A DNA stretch of 64,000 bases from Tubulanus polymorphus (GCF_964204645.1 NC_134031.1:3348001-3412000), one strand, 5' to 3'. Positions 1 to 13,634 are shown, counted from the stretch's first letter. Translations and numbers: made by a program. Notes: generated by a model not told the origin, from the sequence alone.

Positions 1-932
1 TCCCTCACACCCGTGTTATATGGCACCTCGTGGCAGCAACTATCACAGGACCGCTCGGATGGTTGGGTATCGTTACCAACGCGTTAACTATAAACGCAAT
101 CCATCGAATACGTAAAACACATAGATCAGCTACTTCGTATTACATCGTATTGCTGTTAGCCGGTTTTGACATTGTATGTTGCATCGCAATCATTGTCACT
201 AACCATTTCGTTTGGGTCTTGAAATTCATTCGCCATGGACAGACGGCACTGTATTTAGATGGCGGTTACGGTGCCCCCGAATTCTACATAGCGGGCAATA
301 TAATCTCAAAATGGAGTATATATATTCGCAACAGTTTAACCTTTTTTTTAGCACTGGACCGAGCAGTTCATATATGTTTCCCGCTGAAAGCTACGGGATA
401 TTGGAATTTGAAACATTGTTATTTCTTTTCAACCGCTTGTATAATCGGATGGACTGTACTTTTTTGTTTCCGTGCGCAGTACCGCATTGTCGCATACGTC
501 ACCACAGAATGTACATACGGCTTGACTGTCCTCGATAGTAAAGAGGTTAAAAAAGCGCCGAAAAATTCCACTTTCATAGAAGTTGTTTTCTCGACGTATT
601 TGCCAGCCACGCTTGTACCTCTTCTCAATGCGATTATGATAATCAAACTACGAATTCACGCTAACAATAGGAAAAAACTCACCTGCGACGACAGAAAAGA
701 AAATAAACAGGCTAGGGCGGGACACGTGATGGTATTTGTGGCATCCGCGATATTCATCGTATCATTATTGCCGGAAATGATTTTCAGCATCGTTAGAAAT
801 TACCCTGTTAACTGGCCGATTTTGCTTTTGAACGAAATATTCCAAGCAGCCAATTCATCTCTGAACGGCATATTTTATTATGTGTTCAGCAAGTTATTCA
901 GACAACAAATGAATTTGTTGTTGCCCTGTTGA
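1..932 (+). CDS. Rhodopsin-class (class A) GPCR, FMRFamide/peptide-receptor-like, intronless, 5' end outside window
   Basis: Frame is open from the window start to 932. Seven hydrophobic segments, TM3 LALDRAVHICFPL (DRY variant), TM5 YLPATLVPLLN, TM7 NSSLNGIFYYVFSKLFR. Confidence 0.85.
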   Translation, partial: PHTRVIWHLVAATITGPLGWLGIVTNALTINAIHRIRKTHRSATSYYIVLLLAGFDIVCCIAIIVTNHFVWVLKFIRHGQTALYLDGGYGAPEFYIAGNIISKWSIYIRNSLTFFLALDRAVHICFPLKATGYWNLKHCYFFSTACIIGWTVLFCFRAQYRIVAYVTTECTYGLTVLDSKEVKKAPKNSTFIEVVFSTYLPATLVPLLNAIMIIKLRIHANNRKKLTCDDRKENKQARAGHVMVFVASAIFIVSLLPEMIFSIVRNYPVNWPILLLNEIFQAANSSLNGIFYYVFSKLFRQQMNLLLPC

Positions 933-1119
933 TTAACGGACAACAGTTTCTTAATTATAGCCACCTTGTTCGCCTCAGCCCACTCTTTTTTTCTTCTCAA
1001 GATAAATTTTTCGAAGTGGTGTGAAATTTTTTCTGTCTTTCCTAACAAAGGAATTTTAGGTTTTAGGCTTGACGTGACGTCACGTGAAATTAAAATAATA
1101 GTTTTAATGGTTTTTGTGA

Positions 1120-1738
1120 TAGACCACAAAAAGAAATACCCTAGTTTCTCAAGAAAGTGAAATACCACCCGCGTCATGAAAAAGAGTCCCTAACAAAAAT
1201 TAAAACGACAAATGCGCTCGCCCGCATTGGCAAAGCATCAATCGTCTTTTTTTTAATAAAAATTGAATCCCGCTCGCCCGCATAGCTGTATAGTGCACAC
1301 GTGATTTTTTTTCTGCGTTATGCTCATCGTCGACGTACTGGTAATCCGACAAAAACAGCGCCAGGTTCGTTTCATTTTACTTCATTTCAAGGAAGCGTGA
1401 AAATAGCAAAAGACAGTGATTGTTTCAACTTCGATTAAATGAGTCGATATAGTTTGATTTTATAGGTTTTTGCATAGAACTCTTTGAGTTCTATGGTTTT
1501 TGGGAGCTACTTAATACTACAAATAAAGTTTTTGCATATATTTTACTTGCATTACTGGTATTTGTTTGGCATTGGTAAAAAGACATCCCTCCCGCGTCTG
1601 TTCTATAAGTCTCAGGTTGAGCTTTTTATTTCAACTTTTTTATTTAAAAAAGCAATAAAAATTAAATTCGCCCGCCCTCGTCACTTTTCAGAAAAAAAAT
1701 CTGATGAGAAACCAGGGTATTTCTTTGTGTGGCCTTAT
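1120..1738. mobile_element. MITE with imperfect ~30 bp TIRs (PIF/Harbinger-like ends)
   Basis: accacaaaaagaaataccctagtttctca (~1124-1151) is inverted at tgagaaaccagggtatttctttgtgtggcc|tta (~1705-1738). Internal cgctcgcccgcat occurs twice. Confidence 0.55.
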
Positions 1739-2480
1739 GCACTTTAACGAATCAGCGCTTCCTCATTTAGCCTATAGTATTTTGTTCTCTCCAGTCAGTG
1801 CCTCGAATAACAATTATCTTTACAAACTATTTTGCAAATTACATGTTCCATTTTTCTTGCGCGCTGAAAAATTGTGCGTTCAACAATTTTACCATTTTTT
1901 CAGCACTGGACCGATCATTTCACCTCCAACGAAATTTTTCATTCACCAATTCCATTAACGCCGAATGCTTCATTCACTGAAATTTTTCTCTCAATTGATA
2001 AAAAGACGCTTTGAAACAGAAATAATTCTGAATTTCTTCATTTTATAGGTTTTTTTATTTTCGCTCAGAAGATAAGAGAATAAACAAAGGAAACAAACAA
2101 AATACTCTGATCTTAATCTGATTTATTAAAAATAAATATATAAAAAATATTTCATGCTTATGAAAGAAATTTCTATTCACAATGACCCCACTATCCTAGC
2201 AGTAAACTATAACGGACGGCACAATTAACTAATGGTACGGTAATCGCCTTGTAGAAATCCTTTTTGAAAAATACAAAATCTTTCAATGAATTCCTGTTTA
2301 TCAATAAACGACTTTTTCAAAATTGAAAAAAGTTCGAAGCTCAGCTACATATTTCTAAATGCCACTTTTCTTCGTGAAAATTTTTAGTAGCTGAATTTTC
2401 TCAAACGCGAATAAAGATAAAGGTTACCCCATTGAGTTTGTATAAGCTGATCCGAAAAGTAGCAAAAGTGTACATACATA

Positions 2481-2787
2481 CAGGGCTCGATCTAAGCACT
2501 TGTCCGATTGCCCGGGACAAGTAGGTTATCATTATCACTTGCCCCCCGGGCTAGTGCAATTTTATGTCACAAAGCTGTTTTTTCCCATTTGATACAACGC
2601 ATTTCTTAACGAATTTCGTTTTCACGATAAAATGGAAGATTTTTTAGAAAAGGAATCATAGTGTCACCAATTGGACTGCCTCTGTAAGGCAAGTAGCTTT
2701 TGGAGGGGGCAAGCAAAATTTCAAATTTCAGATATGCTTGCCCCACTCCCCCGGGCAAGTGGCTTTCATTCCTTAGATCGGACCCTG
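2481..2787. mobile_element. MITE with CAGGG-starting 16 bp TIRs (hAT-like)
   Basis: cagggctcgatctaag ... cttagatcggaccctg, with internal cttgccc/gggcaag subterminal repeats. No clean 8 bp TSD. Confidence 0.6.
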
Positions 2788-3119
2788 CATAAGATAAAAC
2801 ACGTATATACTGGTAATATTGTAGTTCTTACATTTCGCGTAGAAAACATCTAACAATGTTATTATTCAAATTCTCCGAAGATGGGCAAAAATTACATGTA
2901 TTTGAAGAACAGTTAAAAGTACAATAGACTGCGTGGTGTACACCGGAGTATCGCGCGGCTTGAATACTCGCAATTCATCACGGTAACGACCGATCACTGC
3001 TCCGACCGCTCCAGAATTAGAATTTATCGAGATCCCAGGCAAACGTAGAGTCTTAACTCCGTACGATTGTTGATTATTTCGTCTTCCACTAAATCGAGCT
3101 ACGTGATCCTAATTCATGA

Positions 3120-4494
3120 TCAAATCACAGCTTTGCGCCGCTTGAGATTTTCCGCCGTTTTATTATATTTCGGTAGATTTTCGTCGATGGAAACGGATTT
3201 CGCCGATCGAGCTGTGTTAGGCAGCGACGTCGCCGGAATGTTGACGTCGTCGTCGGCCAGGTCCGGAGAACGCGACGATCTCCGCGGTGACGTGAATATC
3301 GGATCTTGTTGTTGTCTGCGTTTCTGTTTGTACTCGCGAAGTTCTTCCGACCAAACGGGAAACACGTTTTTCACCATCGACCAATAGTTGTTCTGAAATT
3401 AGAATTTAGAGAAAAAGATAAAATCACCAGAAGTCGACATACAGGATCCAGTTCCACAGTCCTGCAGGACCCAGTTCCACAGCTGTGAGTTAGAGTTAAC
3501 TCTGAGTTAAAAGTTAGTTCATTTTCAATGTGTTAACTCAGAGTTAAATCTTAACTCACAACTGTGGAACTGGACCTCGAGTTATAAAGTTAACTCAGAG
3601 TTAAAATCAGTTCATTTTCCGTGTTTTAACTCAAGAGCCAAATCTTAACTCACAACTGTGGAACTGGGTCCCGGGAAAATCCTACTTCAAGGGATTACCC
3701 TACTACCAAGATTTAAACCCATGAACCCTGGGTTGACAAAACATTCACCACTTAAACACTCCATGAACTAATTAATACTTGCCTTCATTGTCGTAAATCT
3801 CGGGTCCTCAGGGGCTCGAGCTTTGAATTTCATATCTCTTCCAAACTGCTCCAGGTCCTAAGAAACGTACATTAAACAAACAAAGAATTAGCATTGTTAA
3901 TACACTTATATTTCATCATTTTGAAATGTCCAGCGGAGAAAAATTACCTTTCTGATTTGATGATTTCTCTCATTGGCAGCAGTGAAACTACCGATGAAAT
4001 AATCGGTCTTCTCTGTTTTTTTATCGTAATACGCCTCCAGTCCGGATAACAGAGCTTCCCTCCTCGCAGTGCTGCAATTGAACATAACAATGGGTATTAG
4101 ATACTTTTTTCTTTTTCAATCGATTTCCATTAGGGGGCGTGGTGTAACTGAGGGTTAGGGGTGATTAGCCCTACTAATAAATAGAGGCCCTAATTTGACA
4201 AATTGAGTCGTTCGTGCACAGGACATATCCAAAATTTCGACTTCAGACTATCAAGCAAGGTCACGGTCCAAGCCTGACACATAAGTTTAATGTGGATACT
4301 GAGTTCAAATGCCTTTTGCGCCAGGCCCCTGTGCATCAGGGTAAAAGTTCGGACTGCCGTAAAGTGCTGCCTCCTAGCAACAGAAACTGTCAAAATTTAC
4401 CAGATTTACGACTTAACTGCTGAAATACGTACATTTCCTCGTGTTTTCTTTTCAGCTCTAGGTCTCTCTTTAACCACTTATTGCTGGAGTACAT
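3120..4494 (-). CDS. CEP15: C3orf14/CEP15-like (DUF4570) coiled-coil protein; exons 4494-4433, 4071-3948, 3857-3783, 3392-3120
   Basis: Spliced product MYSSNKWLKRDLELKRKHEEITARREALL...ANERNHQIRKDLE...NNYWSMVKNVFPVWSEEL matches the remembered C3orf14 pattern (L.KRHEEI..R..LL, A..RN....D.E, YW..V...P.W). All intron phases are consistent. Confidence 0.8.
3445..3670. repeat. Fold-back MITE-like element with partial duplication, in CEP15 intron 3
   Basis: ccagttccacagctgtgagttagagttaactctgagttaa is inverted as ttaactcagagttaaatcttaactcacaactgtggaactgg. The right arm is repeated at ~3580-3670. Confidence 0.75.
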
Positions 4495-4868
4495 CTTCTA
4501 CGGAATGAAACCAAGGATGGGAATCCGTAAAAACAGGAGAAATTTGATATTTCCAACAAACCCGGAAATTATTTCAAGCACCGTCAGCCATTTGTAAACA
4601 AACGTCGTGTAACTCGTTCAGAAATACGAGTAAAAGATGCACCATCAAATTGACGGATTTAAGGATTGAAAATAAATTTATAAACTGAACGAATATCTAT
4701 ATGTGTAATGAACCATGGGTAAAAATTAAAAAAACTCAATATAAGGCAAGTTATTGTTTGATTAATCCTTTAATAATATGGGATTCGAACTGTGTACAGA
4801 CTCTGTAGTATCCGATCTGGATTAGACCTTTACCTTTGACATTCGTGTCACTGCATAAAAACTAGAGA
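4495..4868. promoter_or_regulatory. Probable bidirectional promoter CEP15/DJ-1
   Basis: Divergent ATGs at 4494 (-) and 4869 (+) lie ~375 bp apart. Confidence 0.65.
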
Positions 4869-6423
4869 ATGGCACCGACAGCGTTAGTTATTTTAGCCGA
4901 GGGAGCGGAGGAAATGGAAACTGTCATCACCGTCGATATTTTACGACGGGGAAGTGTGAGTAGACTATTTTAGGACCCTTTTTCCGAGATGACAAACCCG
5001 TCCATTCATTTTAGGCTTGATTGAATCTCCAATCACCACCACGTCCACAGCAAGCAGGACAGGGCCAGCTCCACCAGCAGGTATGCTGCCACTGGTAGTC
5101 AGTAACCTGCCTGTGGTTTAGTTTCACGCTCGATGTATTCACTAACCCCATAAGTAAGTGGGCATAAGCCCATCTAATTATAAGAGCTTACCATCGACGA
5201 TAAGGTACTAACTTCTAACCACTCACACAACATCTACATGATTTAAGCGTCAAATTTATTTGATTTTTCAAGGTGTCAGTGACTGTCGCTGGACTGGATG
5301 GATCTGATGTTGTTAAATGCAGCCGCGACGTTCTGATCAAACCTGACGAAGCGCTCGATGATGTCATTACGCAGAAATTCGACGCCATCGTCATCCCAGG
5401 TGGTCTGAAAGGGGCGAAAAGTATTGCAGAGGTTTGTCATTAAGTTGACCTATTTCGATGCATTATTCTTGGCGATTTATATCTTTCCTTGCTTGAAACC
5501 TAAATATCTTTTATTTACAGTCTCCAAAAATAAAACAATTACTGAAAAAGCAGGAGTCAGAGGGATTAGTCATTGCAGCTATTTGCGCGGGTAGGTGTCT
5601 GAATGTCTTTCCTCTCTGAATCTGAGCTATAGCCACGTACAGCGATGTATCGATGTTGCAGGCCGGTACTGAAATAGTTCTTGGTTGAGTTTGTTTGATT
5701 CTGCGGTTATATTTAGTTTATTTTCAATGTTCTAACTCTAGAGTCTTAATTCGAACAGAGAACTATTTGTTTCGTTTTAGGTCCACTTGCTCTTAACAGT
5801 CACGGAATTGCTCATGGGAAAAGGGTGACTTCATATCCGGCTACGAAGAATGATATGATGCAAGGAGGTACGCGTTGTTTGTTAATCTTGCCCTACATCG
5901 TTCTTCGTTTACGGTCATTGCGCGTTTTCATCCCAGGGGAAAGATTGTTATTTCATGTACAAAACTAAATTGCCGCTCGTATTTTAACAGCAGGAAATTA
6001 GGGTTTATGGGATCAAGAGGGTCCAGAGGATTATGGTTAGGATAGGTTCAGGGTTAGGCTTTATAATAGGGCAGGTTTGGTTAAGACTATAAAGTTATGA
6101 TATGGGCAGTTGCCTCAATAGCTCAGGTCAAAGCGAATACGAATTTTCACGATGATTTGCTTCGAAGTTCAGCAGGTTCGCGCATGGAATGGAAACACAT
6201 GCTGACCTTAGTTTACGCACTGGAATCACGATTGGACAAAAATTTGATCGTTTTATTTTCAGATCACTACACGTACTGCGAAGACAGAGTGGTCGTCGAC
6301 GGTAACATAGTAACCAGTAGAGGACCGGGAACTGCGATGGATTTTGGATTGGCCCTCGTCGAAAAACTGCAGGGTAAAGAAAAGCGAGCAGCAGTAGCAA
6401 GTCCAATGCTGTACTCCGACTGA
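4869..6423 (+). CDS. PARK7: DJ-1/PARK7 (glyoxalase/deglycase); exons ~4869-4955, 5273-5431, 5521-5590, 5781-5867, 6263-6423
   Basis: [46 protein letters not shown] (catalytic Cys), [26 protein letters not shown] introns keep frame. AATAAA at ~6643. Confidence 0.97.
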
Positions 6424-9079
6424 AAATATCTGAAATATTACGAAAAATTGACTTCAAAAAGTCTTCGGCGAAAGTTTTTCATTTGTTCGTCTCATCTTCC
6501 CAACCATCATGATGTGCTTTGTCATTTTTTGGATGACGTAAAAAATAGACAATGAAATTATCAACTCAATGCCTTAAAATGTGTTTATAGAATTGCGGTG
6601 CAACTGGTTTTCATCAACTTTACATAATGACTTCTTTGTTGAAATAAAAGCTTGAATTATCGTATATTTTGCTCTTGGATATTTATGGATTAAGGATCCT
6701 ACTTTAGTATGAGGATGGTTTTTTGCCTAAAATCTAGAGCAGACCTCCCTGCTCGTATCTTCCTAGTTAGCGTATATATTAACATGCTAGTTCATTTATT
6801 ACACAACTGTTGATTCGGTTGCAACAGTATAACTCATCGCATAACACAATCTGCAGTCTGGACCTGCCTCTGACACTTTATACCCAGCTTGTAAAATTCT
6901 TCAAATCTTTGATTGTCCAGGCAGGACTTCTATTAATACCAGTGGTAATTCAGTTGTTATTTCAGAGGACCTTTTATAACCAGGGCCCATGCAATTATTA
7001 TAATTGCCCTATTTGTGACCAAATCCTAGGTTTGTAATAAGCGTTGTACATGTATATCCAAGTCCGTTATAATGAGCGACGTTCCACTGTAATTGAAAAT
7101 GGACTACAAATGCCATCACCAAACTCTCAAAAAGTGATCCTCTAGATGCCACGCTAAAATGGTGAATTTCCAAACAGGTGGTTCCGGTTTCACTTCTTAG
7201 AATATTCCCCAACAAAGAAAGTCTGCTATCAACCAAGACAACGGAATGTGTATGAAATTTATCTTACCAGGATATAATTTATTCTTGCTAACAATTAAAC
7301 TATTGTCGACAATTTTCATCATTCAAACTGTTTTAAAAACAGTTAATAATATATCTATATGTATGTATATATATATATATATACGTATATATTTTCAGGG
7401 ATTTTACATTATATGCACGCAGTATTACTCAATAGCACAGCGTCTAGCCAGCATCGACTCTGACAGTTGTTATTTTCAAACAATTTCTTTAGATACACTG
7501 ATTCACAGATACAGTAGACTGCATTCAAGTCGGATCTGACCAGTTTGTTCTACTTAGATATTTGTTGAAACATTCTCTGAGCAGAGTCTACTGTATGAAA
7601 CATTCATATCACATGGTATAAGCACATATAAACACAAAACACAAGCCTAGATATCAAACCATACTAAATATAGACTTATCATCAGGGCCCAAGTATAATT
7701 CAATAGTTTTCAGTTAAGCACTCGGGCTTCCTTGTAAAATTTCCTGACTTTTAGAGACAGATGTTAGCTCCCGAACCAAGTTCCATAGCTTACTGGCGTT
7801 GAAGATTTGAATCTCTTTATTGAGTTAGAATAGATCAGAACATGAACTAATTTAAACTCCTTAAAACAGTCACATCTAACTCACAAACTACAGAACTCGG
7901 TTCACCTATAGGTGGAATTGGCAGTTCTTGTATATGCATTTGTCTAACAACTCAATTGCAAATTTCATGAATACCTTCACTCTTCATCACAAAATACAGA
8001 ACAAAAAAGAATTAGTTCAAGAAAAGATATTTTCCAAGCCAATTATATGTTATAAAACGTATGCAATAAGTAAGAAAAATTGAAAATTCTGTAATACAAA
8101 ATTGACTGTTCTACGAGGCTTAGATTTTTCATCAGTCGGCAATTAATTGATCAATTCTTACAGAGTTAAATATTGCGTTTTTCATGAAATTCAGAGAAAA
8201 ATTTTCCGCTGTAAAGTGGTGCGTGCCCAGATCTGGTTTTCATCGGTTAGTCCATACTAACTTAACTAAATTATGCATCATTGATTTATCTAATACGGGA
8301 TACATAGGAAGCAGTTAAAAACATATCTATACCACCTCGAACATGGGAGGTTCGATTTAATGAAGTTAGCGAAATATCTACGTCAACTCGGCATTGCACA
8401 GAGATGTCGCCAAAGGGATGGAAACTTTCGCCGACACAGAGGAATCCAGAAAGTATCTTATAACCGAATGTAATTTGATATCAGTCGCAGCGGTGTACGG
8501 AAGCCTGGATTAATGACAGCATTTTTAAATCAATAAATTCAGAATTTAAAACCCAATCACATAATCGAGGATTAGACCAAAGACCAGTTTTAGCACAATT
8601 TCAATTTTCTATACAATTAACAACATAAACACAGTACAAGACTGGTCGGTTTTAGAAATGAGCTTTTACTAACATGAAGATTTGATTCCCCTTTTGTGAT
8701 AATGTTTTGACGATAACAAATTATGGCCCATCTGTATTTTGTAGCCACATTTCAACATATATCCAACTTTTCGGGCTGATATTCCGCAATGAGATCAGGA
8801 GGCACTACAACAATTGCATAGCTATAAACAGCTATCGAATACCCTGCTCAGTTTAGCAAGATGCCGGAAATATAGCGCACAAATTGCGAGTAAATTCTAA
8901 ACTTGTCAAACCTTAATCTACATCGGTACTACAGAACTAAAGTGTGAAAATATATGCTAAAATGTGGTCAAACGGCAACAGCATCTACGTGTGTAAGAGA
9001 AGCATTGTACGTCCGGCCTAGACGCCTGGAATAATAGAAACCTACTGGTCGTCTAAAAATAGCATGACTACAACGCCAT

Positions 9080-12000
9080 CTACAGTCCGCTGCCGCCGCC
9101 GGATTCGTCACCTAGCACGTACAGACGATAGTAGATATTCATCTGCTCCAAGAAGATGAACGTGAGAATCGTGTGCGGCCCGAGACGGAAGAAATACGGC
9201 GTGAATCCTTTCCATAAACTGAATAGTCCCTCTTTACGAACGACTTTCGTCAACACGTCCTGCAAAGAAAACATCGCTAACAAATATGAGTTTTTATCAT
9301 TTTCGGGGCATCTACCATCTACACCGCAGTGCGGTGTATAAATCAATGTTTGAGTCCTAGTGCACCCCATTTATTGCTGTTATTAGTAATTAGTTGTCAT
9401 CTGTGAGATAGCAGCACCTATCAAACATAGTGACATACTAGTGCCTGAGACTGTACAAATGGGCCCACAAAAATTGATGATCAAGGTATGCAAAGTTTAG
9501 TAAGAGGTTTACTAAGAGACCTCATCAATCGGTTCGTTAAAACTATCAACAAAATAGACACTTACAAAAGCACCCCTGTATTCTGGTTTACCGTCGATGT
9601 ATTTCATGTTTTGAATTCTGTAAATGAAATGAATAAACAAAATCGTTGAATTGAACGCTTTCAATGCATAATGACTGATTAATCATATTCTGATATTTTC
9701 ATGATATTGGAGGAAACATATACAATTCTATTTAGCTTGAACATCTTACCTAGTTTTAGCGATATCGACCGGCATAGAAGCTGCAGTGGTCACTAGACCG
9801 CTCAACATGCTGGCGGCAAAATGTGTCAAAATATTGTCACCGAAGTATTCTGAATAGAAATGGATGTTGTAGGAACATCATCAAAATTGAGGTAAGGTGT
9901 ATTTTATATGTGTACACATGTATCTGATACTTACTTGTTGATAAAAGGAACTGTTTGGCTTGTGAATAGGAAGCCAACTGAGCTGCGTTAACTACGATAG
10001 CCCTCATTACCGTCGGGCCACAACCCTGTAACCATTCATAACATAATTATATTAATTATACAGTAAACTCTGTTTACCTGGAGTCGATTGCCTCGGATTA
10101 ACGCGTCCTGGTCAATAATTTACGAATCATTTTTTTTACTCCAACTCATTGTGATAATGACCCATCCCTGCCTCGGCTGTCCTGGAATTTGCAAACCTCT
10201 CTAGAGAATCTATTGTTCCGGCGAGACCCAAGGCAAACATATCGTACCCTAGAAGCAGTAGCGGACTAAGGGGGTGAACAGGGGTAGCAGAGCCGAGCTT
10301 GAATTTCTCAAAATTTCCTGTACGAGAACCTTCAAAACCCCTACTTATTTTCTCAGTACAGGTTCCTATTTAGTTGCCCTAAATATCCATACCGATGATT
10401 GTTACCAGTAAAGATACAGTTTAAAATGAATGCATTAAACACAGAGATTTAAATTGAATACAACATATTTGTCGACAGAGCAACTGAATGATAATTACGT
10501 ACCCTCCATAGAGTAAGAACACCTTCTTCTTTCGACATACGAATCAATGCATCGAATACATTCTTATAATTTCTTTGTTGATCTTTTGGCAACCTGAAGA
10601 GAAACATTACGTCTAAGATTGGGTCGAAACTAATACCTTTCTTATCACAAATATTGCTGTTTGTTACGCTGCCCTTTAGTAGATAGTGAGAGATTGCCAA
10701 TTCAGGGACTAAATAACAGGTAATATTTCTCATTTCTACCAAAAAAATTCTACCTTCAAAACAAAGACTTTTGCCCTCAAAGAAAGGCCTATAATGACCA
10801 GAAAGACCTTTGAGCTCAAATAAAGGTCATTCTTACCATTATTAAGCCTGATGTTTTTTTCAGTTACAAACCTAAATGTCATTAGCTTAAACTTATTCCA
10901 TGAAGCTGGGCACTAGGCTCATTACATACCTTCCATCAGCGGTCATTCTGATGAGAGAAATCTCAGCTGGAGTTCCAACCATAGCTGCCAATCCACCGGA
11001 CATCATACCGATACCGGCCTTCGCGAAAAAATTCGGCGGCTTTCCATTTTCACTATGAAAAAATATTCATCAAATTTATACGAGTCGAATTCAATTTCGA
11101 ATTATTTTTTCAGAGATTTATATATCGAAGTTAACTACTCGAAACGCACCTGAACATTTCGAACAGCGTTGTATAGATACCCAATCTAGACGTGGTATAC
11201 GTAGCCTGACGCAGGAGTCCAGCTGACAATCTGAGCAGGGAGAGAAATGATAACACCATCGTAAGAAAAGGTAGAAATGGAGAGCTACCAACACTACTCA
11301 GCAGTAGCTATCGAGGATTCCACCTATGACAAGCGACGAAGAGATCTACTAAGTTCATTGCCTCACTAATTAAACTTTGTAACTCTGTGTCCAATAGCTT
11401 TTGTATCATCTGTATTCCATATATAAATAAACATGTCATATCTTTACATAGCTTTTATGATCATTTCTAGTTGAAAACCAAAACCCAGTTTTTGATAATT
11501 TTTTCCAATTTTAAAATCATAATAGCAACAGTTTTCAGTAGAAATAAGTTCTACTTCCTAAGATGGGTTATTCAGCTTACCCGGTGTACATTTTAATGAT
11601 GCCTTCCTGTTTCAAAATTGAACGAATCGCATGGAAACTCGTCTTGTGTTCTTTAAGTTTTCCTCCCTCGCCTGACGGGTAAAATATCGGAGAAAGATTA
11701 AAACGAATGAAACGTGACTAAATTAACAAGGGTTTAACATTATCGTTATCACAGGGGCTGGGGACACTCTCCCAAGACGTTCTGAGAGTATGCCTAAGTT
11801 TTGACTGGCACCAGATGTGAGCTTAAAAGATTCTGGATTCTTTTCTTATCAGATTTAAACAAAATTTGCTGCCGAGCAGAGATTTGCTCGATTAGCCGGG
11901 GGACGAAAAAAATCAAAGATTCAAAACAGTATCCTAGGTACCACTTCTAAACGAGAATATAGGGGAAGGATACTGTTTTGAATTGTATTCTTTATTTTTG

Positions 12001-12365
12001 ACCCCAGCTATTGTTTGTGACAAGCAGTGGTCCCGCTAATGATGGACTTACCACTCAACTGCATACGATTCTTCACCAGATCCAAAGGTTGCACAAACAT
12101 TGTAGCGAGACATCTAGAAAATGATTTTTTTTAATTTACATAATACAAAAGTGAAAATAAATGTCAAACACTCTCAGAATATAACTTTGGTCCTAGTTAA
12201 ATTAAACTCCTTGTTCTCTGAATTTAAACAGATTGGCAAACTTGATTCATCACCGAGTCCTTACCCTGCCGTTCCACCGAACAGAAATTTGATGGATTTT
12301 GAAGTTTGCACAGGCTCTGCATGAGGTTTGACATCTTCATGTCGCTCGCCGGCTTCCACCACCAT
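9080..12365 (-). CDS. SLC25A11: Mitochondrial 2-oxoglutarate/malate carrier; 10 exons (~12365-12265, 12115-12051, 11672-11581, 11230-11150, 11053-10930, 10593-10503, 10026-9935, 9850-9750, 9618-9565, 9259-9080)
   Basis: KFLFGGTAG, FVQPLDLVKNRMQLSG, GLSAGLLRQATYTTSRLG, GTPAEISLIRMTADGRLP, RAIVVNAAQLASYSQAKQ, SMPVDIAKTRIQNM, WKGFTPYFFRLGPHTILTFIFLEQ. Confidence 0.96.
11893..12010. repeat. Short fold-back element in SLC25A11 intron
   Basis: attcaaaacagtatcct ... aggatactgttttgaat, with outer arms tagccggggg / ccccagcta. Confidence 0.6.
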
Positions 12366-13634
12366 TTTGCCGTCCTTTCCGACCTTGGGATAAAAATACC
12401 AACATTATAGAATACAGAACCAGTTTTTACTATTGGTTTTTTCTGGGGTTTTTTTCGATATGGGAATTTCAAGTTGTTTTCGGACCTATATCACCAGAAA
12501 AATGGGCTTTAACTACTGTTTAATCATTGGATGACATTTAAGTGTGAATATCTTATGCCATGATGGTTTTTTTCGGGTTCCATCCATCGGCCTTTTTTTT
12601 ACTAATTTAACCCATTTTCACTAAAACTTAACAAATCAGAATGAGATTTCTTCGTCGTAAAATATATCGTGGAGAATAAAATTGGGTAAAGTAAGAGAAG
12701 AAAATATCGTTACGCTTGATGAATTGCTTTTTTCACGCATGATGATTGATTTTAAACTGAGTTGATGAAAACCGGGAGGGAGAAGAGTGGCTGCGGCAAG
12801 TGACTACCAGTACCAATTCAATTCGGGTTTATTGCCATCTTATTCTTAAGACAATAGAAATCGAAATAAATTCTGCTGAGTTGGTTACAAAAAGCAGTTT
12901 TTAGGCAAAAATAGGTTTCGTTTTGTTTTTACGCATGAGTGATTTATCATTTTGAAAGTGACTGTGGCAAGCATCAGTATCAATTCCATACCGTTTTATT
13001 GCCAATTTAGAAGGGAGATTTCTACTGAGATATCGTCAAATAATGGTGTAAAAGAATAATTCTGGCAATCCAAATATCTACAACATCAAATTCTGAGCCA
13101 GTTAATGAGTTTGCACGCCCCATTTATTGTTGTCACGCTTCATTGATTAGGCGTGCTGCCTGTGGCAAGCGAGTACAAGGAAGTAATTCCAGATTTCCTC
13201 AAAAAATCCTTTCAAAAACAGCCCCCGAGTGATCAAATACCGACATATTTACGTTTATCAACGTATAACACGATACCGAGTCACCTGAAGTTGTGGACTA
13301 TGTAAGAAGATGCTGCACCGAACAGTAAGAGCGTTTTATGTTTTTTGAAGTCGATCAATCAATAAAATCCAAATCAAAAATTTTAATCGTGCATATTATA
13401 TGGACCACTGCCCCAGCTGATGCACTTACGTTCAAAATGATCGTGGCCGTAACTCGGTTGATATTTCAGACTAAAACAATTGTTATGTTTACTGAAATGC
13501 TGTGTTACAATTGCAATGTTGCAAGCACTTGAGCACCAGCATCACTACTTTAGTAACAAAGTCAAAACATGCATCATCACTACCCAGGTCAGGTCACCTA
13601 GATGTTGTTGTAGCAAGCAGTAATTACAGGGTAA

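Noticed and set aside
5820-5845. DJ-1 has TSYP instead of human TTHP (His126)
   Set aside because: Tyr at this position is common in invertebrate DJ-1. The catalytic Glu and Cys are intact.
12224-12472. 82 aa ORF at the SLC25A11 5' end
   Set aside because: Wrong frame. The real exon 1 (MVVEAG...FLFGGTAG) starts at 12365.
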